Source of the DNA: Kiritimatiella glycovorans
GTDB taxonomy: Bacteria; Verrucomicrobiota; Kiritimatiellia; Kiritimatiellales; Kiritimatiellaceae
Direction: 5' to 3'
Assembly: GCF_001017655.1 (NCBI RefSeq)
Contig: NZ_CP010904.1
Span: 1,230,001-1,262,000, forward strand
Length of the DNA stretch: 32,000 nt
Under the pieces are notes generated by a model, which worked only from the letters and a program-made list of their open reading frames with translations, ran no database searches and was not told the origin of the DNA. Positions within the stretch are counted from its first letter, which is position 1; each line of letters starts with the position of its first letter. Both the position numbers and the translations under genes were made by a program. Below, piece after piece: positions 31,533 through 32,000 of the stretch.

Positions 31533-31570
31533 AAGGCGCGGCCCTGAAACGGCCGCGCCTTTCTGTTTCT
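31533..31570 (+). terminator. Rho-independent terminator after the DUF378 gene
   Basis: AAGGCGCGGCC-CTGAAAC-GGCCGCGCCTT forms a 9-11-bp GC stem and is followed by TCTGTTTCT. Confidence 0.7.
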
Positions 31571-31632
31571 GAATAGACTTGAACCCCGCCCCCTTCTCCG
31601 GTACAACGCCGCTTTTTCCGCCATCGCCGAAA

Positions 31633-31709
31633 CGGGGTGTAGCTCAGCCTGGCAGAGCGCTACGTTCGGGACGTAGAAGTCGCTGGTTCGAATCCAGTCA
31701 CCCCGACCA
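31633..31709 (+). tRNA. tRNA-Pro (anticodon CGG), CCA encoded
   Basis: Acceptor CGGGGTG/CACCCCG, D stem GCTC/GAGC, anticodon stem CTACG/CGTAG with loop TTCGGGA, T arm GCTGG-TTCGAAT-CCAGT, discriminator A, then CCA. Confidence 0.93.
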
Positions 31710-31845
31710 TTTGGATCAAGAAAAATCCCTGCCTGAACCGCGAATGAACGCCAATCCACGCGAATAATACACTTCTGATATTCGCGTCCCTGCGCCTGAC
31801 GCAGGCTTGCCGCGTCCCTCCCTAGCCCGTCTTTCCCTGTTCGGC

Positions 31846-31865
31846 GGCGAAAACGCCTTTTTTTT
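31846..31865 (+). terminator. Weak candidate terminator downstream of tRNA-Pro
   Basis: GGCG-AAAA-CGCC is followed by a T8 run. The stem is only 4 bp. Confidence 0.25.
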
Positions 31866-32000
31866 GGTTCTACGTAAATTTTTATGGTGGAGCCGTTCGG
31901 GGAAGAGGCGGGATGGGGATTCACCACAGCGGTCACAGAGGATGCCGGAGTCGGAATGGGAGACGGCAAACGGTCGTAGTAGCGCCGCAAGCGCCCGAAG

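Noticed and set aside
31710-32000. Start of a genomic island or att site at the 3' side of tRNA-Pro, given lower GC and an 8-bp-stem inverted repeat CGCGAATA-N12-TATTCGCG at 31759-31786
   Set aside because: No integrase, no direct repeat of the tRNA 3' end and no ORFs are visible before the window ends. The evidence is insufficient either way.

Overview
This is a high-GC bacterial chromosomal segment. Spot counts of 60-nt lines give about 68% GC in typical genes. PEP-CTERM, DUF2723 and TIGR03790-like proteins weakly suggest a PVC-type or other exosortase-bearing lineage. The window is densely packed with housekeeping genes on both strands. In order: lepA (5'-truncated), lepB, glgA, rnr, RNase P RNA, a COG1579 zinc-ribbon protein, a CPPC thioredoxin-like protein and a DEDDh exonuclease. 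Then tRNA-Gly, bioB, waaA/kdtA, a XerC/D-type recombinase, a nitroreductase, an acylphosphatase, a metallophosphoesterase, tRNA-Thr, an ispD-like gene, rpsU and tRNA-Ala. Next come a holA-yggS-proC-hypothetical operon, a HIT protein, a DJ-1/PfpI protein and a 1070-aa DUF2723/TPR membrane glycosyltransferase-like protein. Finally queA, a TIGR03790-like secreted protein translationally coupled to gmhB-tsaE-tsaB, a lower-GC PEP-CTERM trypsin-like protease, a DUF378 mini-protein and tRNA-Pro. I found no recognisable defence, toxin-antitoxin, CRISPR, prophage or biosynthetic cluster. The unusual content is non-coding. (1) A family of three nearly identical 144-154-bp MITE-like elements has 19-bp terminal inverted repeats and perfect 9-bp target-site duplications. 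(2) A strong candidate dif (Xer) site lies in a 40-bp AT-rich patch between convergent lepB and glgA. (3) A roughly 500-bp mosaic array of GC-rich hairpin modules fills the lepA-lepB spacer. (4) A degenerate hexanucleotide (CTGACT)n tract lies between yggS and proC. (5) rnpB overlaps the rnr stop codon. Many long ORFs in the six-frame track are antisense or out-of-frame shadow ORFs typical of high-GC DNA and are not called.
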